IMG/VR virus record: IMGVR_UViG_2799113255_000001 | Location: 32,811 to 96,810 of that record | Reading direction: 5' to 3' (one strand) | Length of the DNA: 64,000 nt | Source of the DNA: a virus | Lineage: Duplodnaviria > Caudoviricetes | Shown here: piece after piece, positions 9,593 to 18,976 of the stretch | Layout of the letters: each line of letters starts with the position of its first letter | How positions within the stretch are numbered: position 1 is the first letter of the stretch | Made by a program: the position numbers and the translations under genes | Notes under the pieces: model-generated | The model's input: the letters and a program-made list of their open reading frames with translations, nothing else | Told to the model about the DNA's origin: nothing | Databases searched by the model: none

Positions 9593-11000
9593 TGTGCTCG
9601 TCCAGCCACTTAGTAGCGGCTGCAAATGCGTCTTCGTCTACCTTGGCTAGAATCGCCTTGGCCAGCTTGGAATCGGCCTCACGTCCGGGCTCGTCCGTTT
9701 CAGATACCGCCAGCAAAAGGGCGACCGCCTGGGGGTCGCCATAGTCGACGGCCAACTTCTCTACGAGCATCACGTGCACGTTTCCGTCTGCGGTCCAGGC
9801 GAACCCGGCGCAGGTGTTGACTTCCTTCTCGTACGGCCACCGGAGCGGGCTCAACGACTTACGTCTGATCTCTGCGACCTGACGAAGCAGGTTCCGGTCT
9901 TCTTCGGTGAACATGTCGTCCTCTTCGGCGGAAAGTAGTTGTAGAAGCGCGTCGCCTTGAAGTAGGGCGCGGCTGTACCGGTCGCGGCGGTCGGTTAGGC
10001 CGTTGGTCCCACCGTTGATTCGCAGCGTTACCGTGTACAGGTCGCCTTTGTCCGACAACGCGTTGATGTCCGGGCGGGCTACCGTCCAGTACCACGCAGC
10101 GCCGAGACCGGCCCATTGCAGGTCGGCTAGCTCGCGGGGGTTGTCTACGAAATAGGTCGGACTGACGACCAATTTCTTGTTGAAACACCACTGCGAGAAC
10201 TGCGCGTAGTTCGACTCCCACGTGATCTGAATCCACGTACGACCCTTGTACTTCCACCGGTCGGTGGACTCGTCGCCGTTGTCGTATTCCTCGGTAGCGT
10301 TGAAGCCGTCCGATTCGTGGCCGATCTGCGCCAGCCACATAGCGATACGGTTTACGTTCGTGCAAGAAGCCGCTTGCAACCCTTCACGAACCGGGCCGAG
10401 AATTTCAGTAGCTCTACCAACGCTGAGACCAGTGGCCGCTGCAAGGACGTTGACAGCACTCGGAGTAGCACTCTGAGATCCACGCCGGAAAGTAGAAAAG
10501 CCATCTGCCCGTATCTTTCTGGCGATGAAGTCTGCGGTGTGCGGGTTCTGGTAGGTGTTGATGTTCCCACCGTTGGCTAGGCTCGCTAGCTGGAAGTGCA
10601 TCGCGTCTTTGGGGTTTGACCAGTCATTGCCAAAGAAGACGGTGCCTTCGTAGAAGTCCTGGATCTCCCGGATGGTCGCCAGTTGAGCCGCATTCCAGCC
10701 CGCATTAGGCACCTGGAAGGGGTGTGAGTTCCAGTTGTAGTCGAATGCGGTACCACTTAGGTGGTTGGACGTGCCGACGGAGTTCGCAGCGGTCCAAGAA
10801 GCCGAGTCGGCGTCTCGCATGGGTTCGACGTAGGCGTTCAAGTCCGCTGCGAACGCTCGAAGTATCGCCAGCGGTTGCCCACTCTGGATTTGCAGGGTGC
10901 AGCTTGTACCGGGGATGTTGACCCATTCACACGAACCTTGGTCGACCATCGGCCAGCCGTTGGAGCTGTAGTCGTACCCGTAGACCGTGCGGCGTGCCAT
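9582..11000 (-). CDS. lysA: Lysin A (N-terminal peptidase + GH19-like glycoside hydrolase)
   Basis: SNHLSGTA.D / DAMHFQ peptidase motifs; LAQIGHES, YKGR.WIQITW..NY, RINGGTNGL chitinase-like motifs. Confidence 0.9.
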   Translation of the reverse strand: MARRTVYGYDYSSNGWPMVDQGSCEWVNIPGTSCTLQIQSGQPLAILRAFAADLNAYVEPMRDADSASWTAANSVGTSNHLSGTAFDYNWNSHPFQVPNAGWNAAQLATIREIQDFYEGTVFFGNDWSNPKDAMHFQLASLANGGNINTYQNPHTADFIARKIRADGFSTFRRGSQSATPSAVNVLAAATGLSVGRATEILGPVREGLQAASCTNVNRIAMWLAQIGHESDGFNATEEYDNGDESTDRWKYKGRTWIQITWESNYAQFSQWCFNKKLVVSPTYFVDNPRELADLQWAGLGAAWYWTVARPDINALSDKGDLYTVTLRINGGTNGLTDRRDRYSRALLQGDALLQLLSAEEDDMFTEEDRNLLRQVAEIRRKSLSPLRWPYEKEVNTCAGFAWTADGNVHVMLVEKLAVDYGDPQAVALLLAVSETDEPGREADSKLAKAILAKVDEDAFAAATKWLDEHNAN

Positions 11001-11007
11001 GTGACTC

Positions 11008-11262
11008 CTACTTCAGGAACTTGAAAATCAGGTCGAATCCGGGGAGGGCTTTCTGAAGGGCTTTGGCGAATCGGGCTGCCAGGGTGTCGAAGATCTTGTC
11101 GTCCAGCTGTCCCGGCACCCAGTCCGTGAACGCGTCTACCGCCGAAGGAATCTCCGCGATGACATACCCGGAGACCTTCTTGGCGAAGTCTTCTACTAAT
11201 TCGGGGTGCTTCTTTATGTAGTCGAACAGAGCTGTAACGAACAGCGACATAAGGTAATTCAT
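11008..11262 (-). CDS. Small hypothetical protein upstream of lysin A
   Basis: GAGGAAAAC-ATG start; 84 aa. Confidence 0.7.
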   Translation of the reverse strand: MNYLMSLFVTALFDYIKKHPELVEDFAKKVSGYVIAEIPSAVDAFTDWVPGQLDDKIFDTLAARFAKALQKALPGFDLIFKFLK

Positions 11263-11416
11263 GTTTTCCTCTCTTGGTATCCCCGAAGGGGGTGTGGGTG
11301 CGCTGTCGCATGTACCACCCACACCCGACCGGCTGTCGGGTCTAGGACCGGAGGGCCGATACGTTCCCTTGGGATTGGCGCGGGGGCTCCCCTCTGATAG
11401 GGGACCGCCCGCATAG

Positions 11417-11501
11417 CGGAAGGCAGAGGTGTCGAACCCCCAGAATGGTTACTGTCTGCCGGTTTTCAAGACCGGGTGCCCCAGCCGGGGGCATACCTTC
11501 C
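11417..11501 (-). tRNA. tRNA-Ser(TGA)-like, atypical cloverleaf
   Basis: GGAAGGT/GCCTTCC acceptor, CCGGT-CTTGAAA-ACCGG anticodon arm, long variable arm, GGTTCGAC T-loop, G discriminator. Confidence 0.8.
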
Positions 11502-11578
11502 AGCTGTCCAGAGAACCCCGCCCGCGTCATGGCTCCGAGGCCAGAGAGGCGGTTCGCGGGGACTTCTGGTGTATTCAG

Positions 11579-13855
11579 TTATTCGTGGTGTCTCAGAGCC
11601 GGATCGAAAGGTTGTTCCACGGTCGTGGTACCTGGGTATAGGTACTCACAGATGCGGATCTGGATCTTCGATTCGATTGCCACGCCGTTTGATTGGACGT
11701 TCTCCATACCTGCGAACACCGCACCGGATACCGGCTCGTAGTAGCACGTGCAGTTGTACCCCGACACAGATCCGGCGTGACCGAACCAGTTTGCGATGTT
11801 GAAATACGCAGGGCCGTAACCGTAGTAAGACGGACCTTCGTACGGCCATACGTCCGACGAGTACACGGCGATGTTCTCGCGGAACGCGTGCATCTCGGGG
11901 CTTATACCCCATCCGTCGCGCATAGCCTGACCCCAGCGCTGTATGTTATCGATGGTTGACACCAAAGCCCCTGCGGACCCGACATACTCGGGATTGACCG
12001 CAGTCCAGTCTTGTAACCCGAAGATTCCCGGACCAAGCCCGCGACTGTAGGGTTCCGGCATATTCGGGCTATCTGGCCAAGATGTCTCGGTCAGCCCTAA
12101 CGGAATCCAGATGTCTTCCTTGAAGATGTCTCTACACCGTCGACCGGTGGCGGCTTCGAGGATCTGACCTAACACGATCATTCCCGAGTTGTGGTACGCG
12201 AAGTTCGTTCCAGCGGGCCAAGTAACCGGGTGGCTCTTGATGATGTTCATCTGTGTAGCCACGGTGACCGGGAACGTGGGAAACAGGAGCATGAAGACCC
12301 CGTAGGGGAACATGCCGATGCTTCCGGCCTGGAACTCAAACAACCCGTCGCGCATACCCAGAAGGTGCCGGATCTTGATGTTGTTTCCGTCCGGCATACC
12401 CGGTATCCACTTCTCTAGAGTGTCATCGAGAGAAAGGACGCCTTTGTCTACCTGCATCAGGATCGCTGTTCCGGTAAACGATTTGGTCAAGCTGCCGATA
12501 CGGAAATGGTGGTTGAGCGACAACGGATACGAAGTGATGCCCGGTGACGCCGGGGACACCCCGTACGCTTTGGTGTAGCTGCCCTTGGGGCCGCTGATCG
12601 AAATCATCACGCCCGGTTGACCGTCTTCGGCCATACAGGTCGCCACGATGTTGTCGATCGCTGTCCGATCCTCCAACGACAACGCACCGTCTGTGAGAGT
12701 TCTGGTGGTTACCGCGTCGTACGGGGACGACTCAGCGCTACCCGAAACTGCTGTAGCCGTGAGGGTGTACGTCGAGTTGGGGTCTAGCCCAGCGAATGTG
12801 TAGGCAGGTGAGCCCTGGGGCGTGGGTGTGACCTTCACGCCGTTTTTGTAGAAGTTGTATCCGGTGACCGTTCCGGCGTCGGGTGGAAGCCCGTTGACCT
12901 GAACCTTGATTACCGTCTGGGTGACCTCGGTGACCGCGACGCTTACTCGGTGGTACTCGATACTTTCGGCGGTCCACTCGATTTTGGTGAACCCGTCGCC
13001 GCCTTTACCAGCTGTCGCCACGGTGTTTCCGGCTCCCGCGCCTCCACCACCGCCGCCGAACATGCCGCCGTCTGCGCCGTTGCCTCCGGGGGCGAACCAG
13101 GCTCCAGCTCCACCGCCACCGCCAGCTCCCGCGTTGGGGATGATGGAGTTCGGGGGCTTGACTCCGGGTTTGACCGAGTCGGTTCCGCCAGCTCCACCGG
13201 TAACGGTGGTTGAGTTACCGCCCTTACCGCCTGGGGTCTTGGTGGTGTCCGAGGTGTACGGTCCACCCGCACCGCCGCCCGCTCCCGCGTTGTTGGCGTT
13301 GTTCGCACCGGGGTTGGTTACCGTGCTGGTTGCGTCGCCACCGGGGGAGCCGGGGTACACGACGACACCGGACATGCCGGTGATCGAGTACGAGCCGCCC
13401 GCGCCTCCTGGGATGGTGAAAGGGGTAGAACCGACTGTGGTTGCACCCGTTGAGCCCTTCTTGCCGCCTTTAGCGGTTAGATTGACCCCGCCGCTGGAGA
13501 ATACGGAGTCGCCTCCGTCTCCCTTGCCGCCTTTACCCTGGACGACGCTGTACGTAGCGCCCATCTCGGTAACCGGCACCCACGTCCGATCGATGCGGCC
13601 ACCGCCGCCTCCACCTGAGTTGGCGGTCCAAAGTCCTGTAGCCCCTTCGCCACCCGCCCCGCCAGCTGCTTGGAGTGTTACCCACGCGCCGGTAGCACCG
13701 TACGGGACCGGGTAGTTGGTCCGTTCGATGTTGTTTTCGGTGATCGGTGTGAACGCGTTCCATACGTCGGTGGGACCGATGCTTACTTTTGTGGCTTCTG
13801 TTGCTCCCGAGGACAATTTGGAGACGTCTGATGCTCCGACAGAGATCCCCGCCAC
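11579..13855 (-). CDS. Minor tail protein: Gly-rich + FN3-like + serine hydrolase (D-Ala-D-Ala carboxypeptidase/beta-lactamase fold)
   Basis: Gly-rich tract; VTGYNFYKNG..YTFAGLDPNSTY; FRIGSLTK (SxxK), YHN, GHAG. Confidence 0.85.
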   Translation of the reverse strand: MAGISVGASDVSKLSSGATEATKVSIGPTDVWNAFTPITENNIERTNYPVPYGATGAWVTLQAAGGAGGEGATGLWTANSGGGGGGRIDRTWVPVTEMGATYSVVQGKGGKGDGGDSVFSSGGVNLTAKGGKKGSTGATTVGSTPFTIPGGAGGSYSITGMSGVVVYPGSPGGDATSTVTNPGANNANNAGAGGGAGGPYTSDTTKTPGGKGGNSTTVTGGAGGTDSVKPGVKPPNSIIPNAGAGGGGGAGAWFAPGGNGADGGMFGGGGGGAGAGNTVATAGKGGDGFTKIEWTAESIEYHRVSVAVTEVTQTVIKVQVNGLPPDAGTVTGYNFYKNGVKVTPTPQGSPAYTFAGLDPNSTYTLTATAVSGSAESSPYDAVTTRTLTDGALSLEDRTAIDNIVATCMAEDGQPGVMISISGPKGSYTKAYGVSPASPGITSYPLSLNHHFRIGSLTKSFTGTAILMQVDKGVLSLDDTLEKWIPGMPDGNNIKIRHLLGMRDGLFEFQAGSIGMFPYGVFMLLFPTFPVTVATQMNIIKSHPVTWPAGTNFAYHNSGMIVLGQILEAATGRRCRDIFKEDIWIPLGLTETSWPDSPNMPEPYSRGLGPGIFGLQDWTAVNPEYVGSAGALVSTIDNIQRWGQAMRDGWGISPEMHAFRENIAVYSSDVWPYEGPSYYGYGPAYFNIANWFGHAGSVSGYNCTCYYEPVSGAVFAGMENVQSNGVAIESKIQIRICEYLYPGTTTVEQPFDPALRHHE

Positions 13856-14412
13856 TACGGAGTCCTTACATAGACCGTCGTCGGATCTTTAGTGGTGATC
13901 GCTGTGTACTGCGCTTCGGTGCCCACCCACAAGGTGAGAGCGAGAGGACCGGCGTTGTTGGCACCTACGACGACAGCGGGTTTCCCGGTGATGTCGGCCC
14001 AGGCGCTCGCCCCGGCAGGACCGGTGGGTCCTGCGGGTCCGGTTAGACCTGTGTCGCCCTTAGGGCCGGTCGGCCCGGCTGGGCCTATGTCGCCTTGCGG
14101 GCCTTTGATAGGAGCCTCGAACCAGGAAGATCCGTTGGATACGTAGAACTTTCCGGTATCCGCTACACCCCACACCTGGTTGGTATGTGAGCTAGCAGCG
14201 GGCAGTGACGCCAGGTTGGCTGCGGTGCCGTCGATAGACAGCCCGTCGCCCTTGGGGCCGGTAGGTCCAGTCGGTCCCGTGGGTCCGGTAGGACCGGCAG
14301 GACCTACGGGGCCGAGCGGTCCAGCGGGTCCGGGCGGGCCGGTTAGACCTGGAGATCCGGGGATAGAAAGCAGGCGTTCCCGGTAATTGTGTGGTTCGCC
14401 GATAACGCCCAT
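13855..14412 (-). CDS. Collagen-like minor tail protein
   Basis: GPx repeats; C-terminal [17 protein letters not shown]. Confidence 0.8.
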   Translation of the reverse strand: MGVIGEPHNYRERLLSIPGSPGLTGPPGPAGPLGPVGPAGPTGPTGPTGPTGPKGDGLSIDGTAANLASLPAASSHTNQVWGVADTGKFYVSNGSSWFEAPIKGPQGDIGPAGPTGPKGDTGLTGPAGPTGPAGASAWADITGKPAVVVGANNAGPLALTLWVGTEAQYTAITTKDPTTVYVRTP

Positions 14413-14427
14413 GCGGTAATCCCTTAG

Positions 14428-15135
14428 TCAGTTCTTGATTTCCACGGTTGCGGCTGCGTACGCCCAACCCGACGATCCGTCTGGCTGCGTAACGGCTCCA
14501 TCCGTGGTGGTTGAATCCTTGGTATTCAGTAGGAGTGATCGGGAGCTTGACGGCCCTGCTACCGCTCGACGGGTGTATCCCGCTGGTGCAGAACTCCATC
14601 CGCTGCCGTTCAGGAAGGCGGAAGAGTGGAAATGCAGGATTATCGAAGTACCGTCTGTATGGTCGAGCGTGATGGCGGGTGCGGCGATGTTCACACCCTG
14701 ACCGCCTACCGATGCGTGTCCACCGATCGGAGTCGTTGCGTTTTGTCCGCGCAGGACTACCGCGATCATCTGCTCACCCCACGTCCACGAACCCGAGGTC
14801 GTGTTGGTTGCGGTGGCCTTGAACTGCGCAGTGGTTATGCATGATTGACCGGAGGTGGTGTTGGCGTTATCGATGTACGCCCAATCCGGGACGGTTCCGC
14901 CTGCCGTTGGCTTGGTCGGTGCTGTGTTCTGAGCGTCGAACGCGGCCAACACAATCAGGTCTCCTACCTGGTGCGCTGGTATCGTCACAGATCCGCTCGT
15001 GCTGGCGTTAGCACCGATGAATTGAACCGGTGTAGACGCTGACCAAACCTGGTTGGTGCCCAAGTACACGCTGAGCACACTCGTAGTCCCAAGTTTGAGA
15101 CCGGCCAGGGCGGTTGATCCGAGATAAACCGCCAC
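14428..15135 (-). CDS. Minor tail/receptor-binding-like protein
   Basis: VYLG..QVW N-terminus; beta-rich domain shared with 55203..56423. Confidence 0.7.
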   Translation of the reverse strand: MAVYLGSTALAGLKLGTTSVLSVYLGTNQVWSASTPVQFIGANASTSGSVTIPAHQVGDLIVLAAFDAQNTAPTKPTAGGTVPDWAYIDNANTTSGQSCITTAQFKATATNTTSGSWTWGEQMIAVVLRGQNATTPIGGHASVGGQGVNIAAPAITLDHTDGTSIILHFHSSAFLNGSGWSSAPAGYTRRAVAGPSSSRSLLLNTKDSTTTDGAVTQPDGSSGWAYAAATVEIKN

Positions 15136-15143
15136 CGGGCCTC

Positions 15144-16448
15144 CTACGTTGTGAAATACAGGGTGTTCGCGTCTTTCGAGCCGAGAGCGGTGTACTGGGC
15201 TGCCGTTCCCACCCAGACGGTTAGCGATGTGGTCGTGCCGTTGTTAGAGCCGACGACCTTTCCGGTTCCCAACTTCGACATAGCGATAGCCGCCGAGTTG
15301 TTGATGTCGGTGTCCGTGATCGTCCCGTCCGCGATCTGCGTCGTGGTGACCGCACCACTGGCGATCTTGGCGGTGGTGACAGAACCATCGGTGGGTGTCC
15401 GGGTGTCGGACAGCCGAGAGTCGTTACCGATACAGACGGTGGAACTGGTAGTGCCCGTTGGTATGCGAGCGATAGCGAGCGTGCCCGCGTTCACGTCCGA
15501 GGCGTTGTGCGTGTGCGCCGTAGGCGTGCGAGCATCCGAGAGCCTGGAATCGTTTCCTTGGCATGCGGTGCCAGCTGTTGATCCGTAAGACACGGCGAAA
15601 GTCCGGTTTGCGGATAGGTCACCGCCACCGGTAAGACCTGTTCCGGCTGAAACCGTGGTGGTCTTATCGGCTTTCAGTCCTATGTTGGTCGATACCGTCG
15701 TCGCAAAGTTGGGATCGTCGCCTAGTGCCGCTGCGAGTTCGTTAAGAGTGTCCAGCGTTCCGGGGGAGCCGTCGACCAACGCGGATACGGCGTTAGATAC
15801 CGCCGTGTTGAGCGCTGCGGTGGTCACCTCTCCGGGAGGTCCCTGTGGGCCTACGTCTCCGGTGTCACCTTTGGGACCGGTCGGGCCGGTGTCCCCGGTA
15901 TCTCCCTTGACACCTTGAGGACCCTGGTCGCCGGTATCACCCTTCGGACCCACGGGTCCTTGGGCTCCGGTGTCGCCCTTATCCCCTTTGGGACCAGTCG
16001 CTCCCGTAGCCCCGGTTGCACCTGTTGCTCCGGTCGCTCCCTGCGGCCCTTGCGGACCAGTTGGTCCTACCGGGCCTTGGAAGGGGATACCGTCGCCGTC
16101 CGCAGGCCAGCCAGATCCGTTCCAGAAGTACAGAAGACCGTCTGCGATCACCAAGTAGGTGTCGCCCGTCGCTGCCGACGCGGGTAGATCGGCGTACGTC
16201 GGTACAGAGCCCGAAAGCTCTATGCCGGTGCCGTCTGCTCCAGCGGGTCCGGTCGCGCCAGTTGGTCCTTGAAGACCTGTATCGCCTTTGTCACCTTTAG
16301 GGCCAGCTGGCCCTTGGATACCGGTCTCTCCGGGGATGCCTTGTAATCCGGTATCGCCTTTGTCGCCCTTAGGTCCCTGGGCTCCCGGTTGTCCGGGAGT
16401 AGACAGGATGCGATCACCGATGTCTCCGAGAACTGATTCTATGATCAT
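15144..16448 (-). CDS. Collagen-like tail fibre protein
   Basis: Long GPx/GDKGDTG repeats, [20 protein letters not shown] fibre motif. Confidence 0.82.
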   Translation of the reverse strand: MIIESVLGDIGDRILSTPGQPGAQGPKGDKGDTGLQGIPGETGIQGPAGPKGDKGDTGLQGPTGATGPAGADGTGIELSGSVPTYADLPASAATGDTYLVIADGLLYFWNGSGWPADGDGIPFQGPVGPTGPQGPQGATGATGATGATGATGPKGDKGDTGAQGPVGPKGDTGDQGPQGVKGDTGDTGPTGPKGDTGDVGPQGPPGEVTTAALNTAVSNAVSALVDGSPGTLDTLNELAAALGDDPNFATTVSTNIGLKADKTTTVSAGTGLTGGGDLSANRTFAVSYGSTAGTACQGNDSRLSDARTPTAHTHNASDVNAGTLAIARIPTGTTSSTVCIGNDSRLSDTRTPTDGSVTTAKIASGAVTTTQIADGTITDTDINNSAAIAMSKLGTGKVVGSNNGTTTSLTVWVGTAAQYTALGSKDANTLYFTT

Positions 16449-17419
16449 CCGACTCTCGAAACCCTTCCGGCGTCTATACCTTCGCCGCCAGCGGGCTCAC
16501 CGTCAGGCAGGAATACCAGCTGCCATAAGCAACGGTCCGCGATCTTGTCGGTCTCTTCCGATTCGACCTTGATGTGGGCCATCGAGCCTTCCAGCTCGAA
16601 ATTCCAGATCGTTAACGGGTGCTTTCCGGGCTTGACGATGTCTACCTTGACGCTCTCGTACCCGTTCACCCCTGTAAGACCTGAGTCATCAACCGCCAGA
16701 GCGGGTTGTACGTCGTTTCCGAGCGCTCCGATGAACATCACCTGGTACGTGTGGGTCCAGTAGAAGTCCAAGTGGACGATGCTGAACACACCGATAAGCG
16801 AGGCTACCGAGTTGAACAAGTTGACGATCATCGTTGACGTCACGTCGACGGCGAACGTGATCAACCCAACCTCGTCAAACGACTTGGTAGAGGTGATCTT
16901 CAGGACCAAGTTCAGGTTGTCGTGGATCGTGAAGTCGATATCGACGCCCAACAGATCCTCGAACGTGCCGAAAAAGCCGTTCAGTGTTGCGTTTACGGTG
17001 TTCACCAACTGCTCGGTAAGAACGTGACCGGCGTTGACGTTGAGATCTAGTTCCCACGTGGGGTACAGGCTGGAAGGCTGTACAAAGACGTTTCCAGCCC
17101 CGAGGGTAGGTAGGGCCTCCAGCGCGTCGGTGATGTCGCCAGAGAGGTTCTGGGGGTTCTCTACGACGTCGTTGTAGTCGATAGGGGCGGTCCACTGACC
17201 GCCGAAACCGAGCTTGTACGTACCGCCGTTGGCTCCGGTGACGGTGACCTTCTGGAGGGCGTTGTGCTCGCCTCCGGTCTGGAGTTCGAAGTACATTTGA
17301 CCGGCTGGATAGTCGACCGGTTGCTTGTTCTCGTCCACCAGCTCGAAATTCCAGGCGAAATCCCTGCCCTTCCAAAGGACTAGCGTGCTGCCTTCTGGCC
17401 GTAGCCCGATATCGGACAT
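16445..17419 (-). CDS. Virion protein (L5 gp6-like minor tail)
   Basis: [12 protein letters not shown]...WQLVFLP.GEPAGG; position after small terminase. Confidence 0.75.
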   Translation of the reverse strand: MSDIGLRPEGSTLVLWKGRDFAWNFELVDENKQPVDYPAGQMYFELQTGGEHNALQKVTVTGANGGTYKLGFGGQWTAPIDYNDVVENPQNLSGDITDALEALPTLGAGNVFVQPSSLYPTWELDLNVNAGHVLTEQLVNTVNATLNGFFGTFEDLLGVDIDFTIHDNLNLVLKITSTKSFDEVGLITFAVDVTSTMIVNLFNSVASLIGVFSIVHLDFYWTHTYQVMFIGALGNDVQPALAVDDSGLTGVNGYESVKVDIVKPGKHPLTIWNFELEGSMAHIKVESEETDKIADRCLWQLVFLPDGEPAGGEGIDAGRVSRVG

Positions 17420-17558
17420 GGATCTCCTTGAAAGTTGTTCCGGGGGAGCGGAGCCGGTAACGCCAACAGCGGAGCAGTTGGCTCGGAGGCACCAACTTCG
17501 TTGGATGCCGTCGGGGCTCGCGGCGAGAGGAGGCCGAGACTGACGCTCCCCCGGTGGA

Positions 17559-18029
17559 TCATGTGGTTTGTGCGCCTAGCACTTGCTTGAAGTGGTCGGC
17601 CATCGTCAGAACCTTGCCGCCTTCAGCGGTAGGCCCTGGGTTTCGTTCGATCTCCATCCGAACGCGACGGCGGTCACCTTCGGTGAGAAGAAGGGTGGAC
17701 ATCATCTGGTTCAGCACTTGGAGTTTCATCACGCCAAGCGGCTTCTTCTTGCCTTTGTTGTCACCCGATTGGTACACAGCGTTGAGTTCTTCGTTCAGCG
17801 CGTACATCGTCAGCCGAGCGAACTGCCAATCCGAGGGCTCGTAGTAGTTCGATTGAGCCGACTGTCTAATCGACTCGTAGAACTCGACTACGAACGGGTG
17901 CGGGTTCTCAAGACCTAGATCGGGAACAGGTACCTTGCCGAGCGCTACCACCTTCTCGGTAGGGATCTCCTGCTCGTTCCGGCGAACTCGCTGATCTTCC
18001 CGCTTGGGAATTGGGCCTCTGGTACCGAT
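17559..18029 (-). CDS. Terminase small subunit (L5 gp5-like); apparent ATC start
   Basis: (M)GTRGPIPKREDQRVRRN...SAQ..YYEPSDWQFA...LLLTEGDRRRVR; AGGAGG 6 nt upstream of ATC. Confidence 0.75.
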   Translation of the reverse strand: MGTRGPIPKREDQRVRRNEQEIPTEKVVALGKVPVPDLGLENPHPFVVEFYESIRQSAQSNYYEPSDWQFARLTMYALNEELNAVYQSGDNKGKKKPLGVMKLQVLNQMMSTLLLTEGDRRRVRMEIERNPGPTAEGGKVLTMADHFKQVLGAQTT

Positions 18030-18078
18030 GATAAGCCTCCTGGGCGGTCAGGAAGCTCCTGGCTCCCTACGCAGTTAG

Positions 18079-18591
18079 TTACCTGCGATTTAGGTCAGAC
18101 TTTTTGTGGCACGGGACACACATAGGGCGGTAGCGACTTGGGTCGGGCGAGAAGGGTCCGAGGTCGGATTGCTTTTCTCGTGGGCAGTCATGCGTGTACG
18201 ACCACTGTCTGGCTTCAGCCCCACATCTGCATTTGTGCTCAGAAGCCTTGCCCCGAGCCCTGTACACACGCTGGTGAGCTGTCCCGTAGCAGATGTCGTC
18301 CGACTTCCAGATAGGGTTGGCGGAACCAGACATAACGTTGTACTTGACGGTGTGCGGATCTCCGTGCCTACGCATCCGCGTCTCATGCTTGAGGCAAAGA
18401 GTGTTGTTGTGGGACATAGCTTCGGTGTGGCAACCCGCCACACAGCAATCACCTACAGGTGCGTGGTGGCGGGTCTTGTTAAGGGTTGTGAATTCCCTCC
18501 CCCTACGCTTCTGGTAGTAATGCCCTTCGCAGTAGGGGTTTATCCGGCTCCTGGCGGGTTTGTCGCAAAAATCTAGCGTGCAGTTGTCCAT
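18079..18591 (-). CDS. Cys/His-rich HNH-like endonuclease
   Basis: Two CxxxxC..CxxH repeats; YGTAHQRV...WSY.H...MCVPCH. Confidence 0.65.
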   Translation of the reverse strand: MDNCTLDFCDKPARSRINPYCEGHYYQKRRGREFTTLNKTRHHAPVGDCCVAGCHTEAMSHNNTLCLKHETRMRRHGDPHTVKYNVMSGSANPIWKSDDICYGTAHQRVYRARGKASEHKCRCGAEARQWSYTHDCPREKQSDLGPFSPDPSRYRPMCVPCHKKSDLNRR

Positions 18592-18679
18592 GAGTTTCCA
18601 ATCGTGGTTGGGTTAACACCCCTCACGCGATAGCTAATCGCTAGGGGCTCTACCGATCCACGAATCAGCAGCCGTATAT

Positions 18680-18976
18680 TCATCTACGCCCTGGGTGGCG
18701 TTCTACAGGCCTGAGTCTTTTGGCGCGGAGCTCTCTTTTCCTAGAGTTACCCTCTTGAGAAGACTTCTTCGCATGACACGAAGTACACGAGGCTTGTAAG
18801 TTCTCGTCCGAGTGATCGTCACCACGAACGATGTGGTCGACGTCCGAGGCTGTTACGAGGCAGCCGAAGGACTCGATCTGACAGAGGTGGTTGTCTCTGT
18901 CGAGGATTCGACGTCTGATCTCACCCCAGTTGGGCGGCAGCCGAAGGTTCCGAGACGAACCGAACCAACCAGACAT
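18680..18976 (-). CDS. HNH endonuclease (gene 1, packaging-associated)
   Basis: RLPPNW..RRRIL.RD...C...DVDH...DDH...NLQ..C..CH..K. Confidence 0.85.
   Translation of the reverse strand: MSGWFGSSRNLRLPPNWGEIRRRILDRDNHLCQIESFGCLVTASDVDHIVRGDDHSDENLQASCTSCHAKKSSQEGNSRKRELRAKRLRPVERHPGRR

Noticed and set aside
11417-11501. tRNA-Sec / selenocysteine system
   Set aside because: Anticodon is TGA (Ser), not TCA; no selA/selB/selD in the window
11579-12700. Beta-lactamase-like domains (here and at ~53.1-54.1 kb) as antibiotic-resistance genes
   Set aside because: Fused to tail proteins in virion operons; tail-associated D-Ala-D-Ala carboxypeptidase domains are a known mycobacteriophage feature
12906-13715. 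Long Pro-rich + strand ORF (also 49726..50766, 58773..59792, 36114..36887 on the opposite strand)
   Set aside because: Antisense shadows of well-supported structural or lysis genes in GC-rich DNA; no RBS or motifs
13855-16448. 9-nt periodic repeats as a CRISPR or satellite array
   Set aside because: They encode collagen Gly-X-Y repeats; no constant repeat-spacer structure or cas genes anywhere in the window
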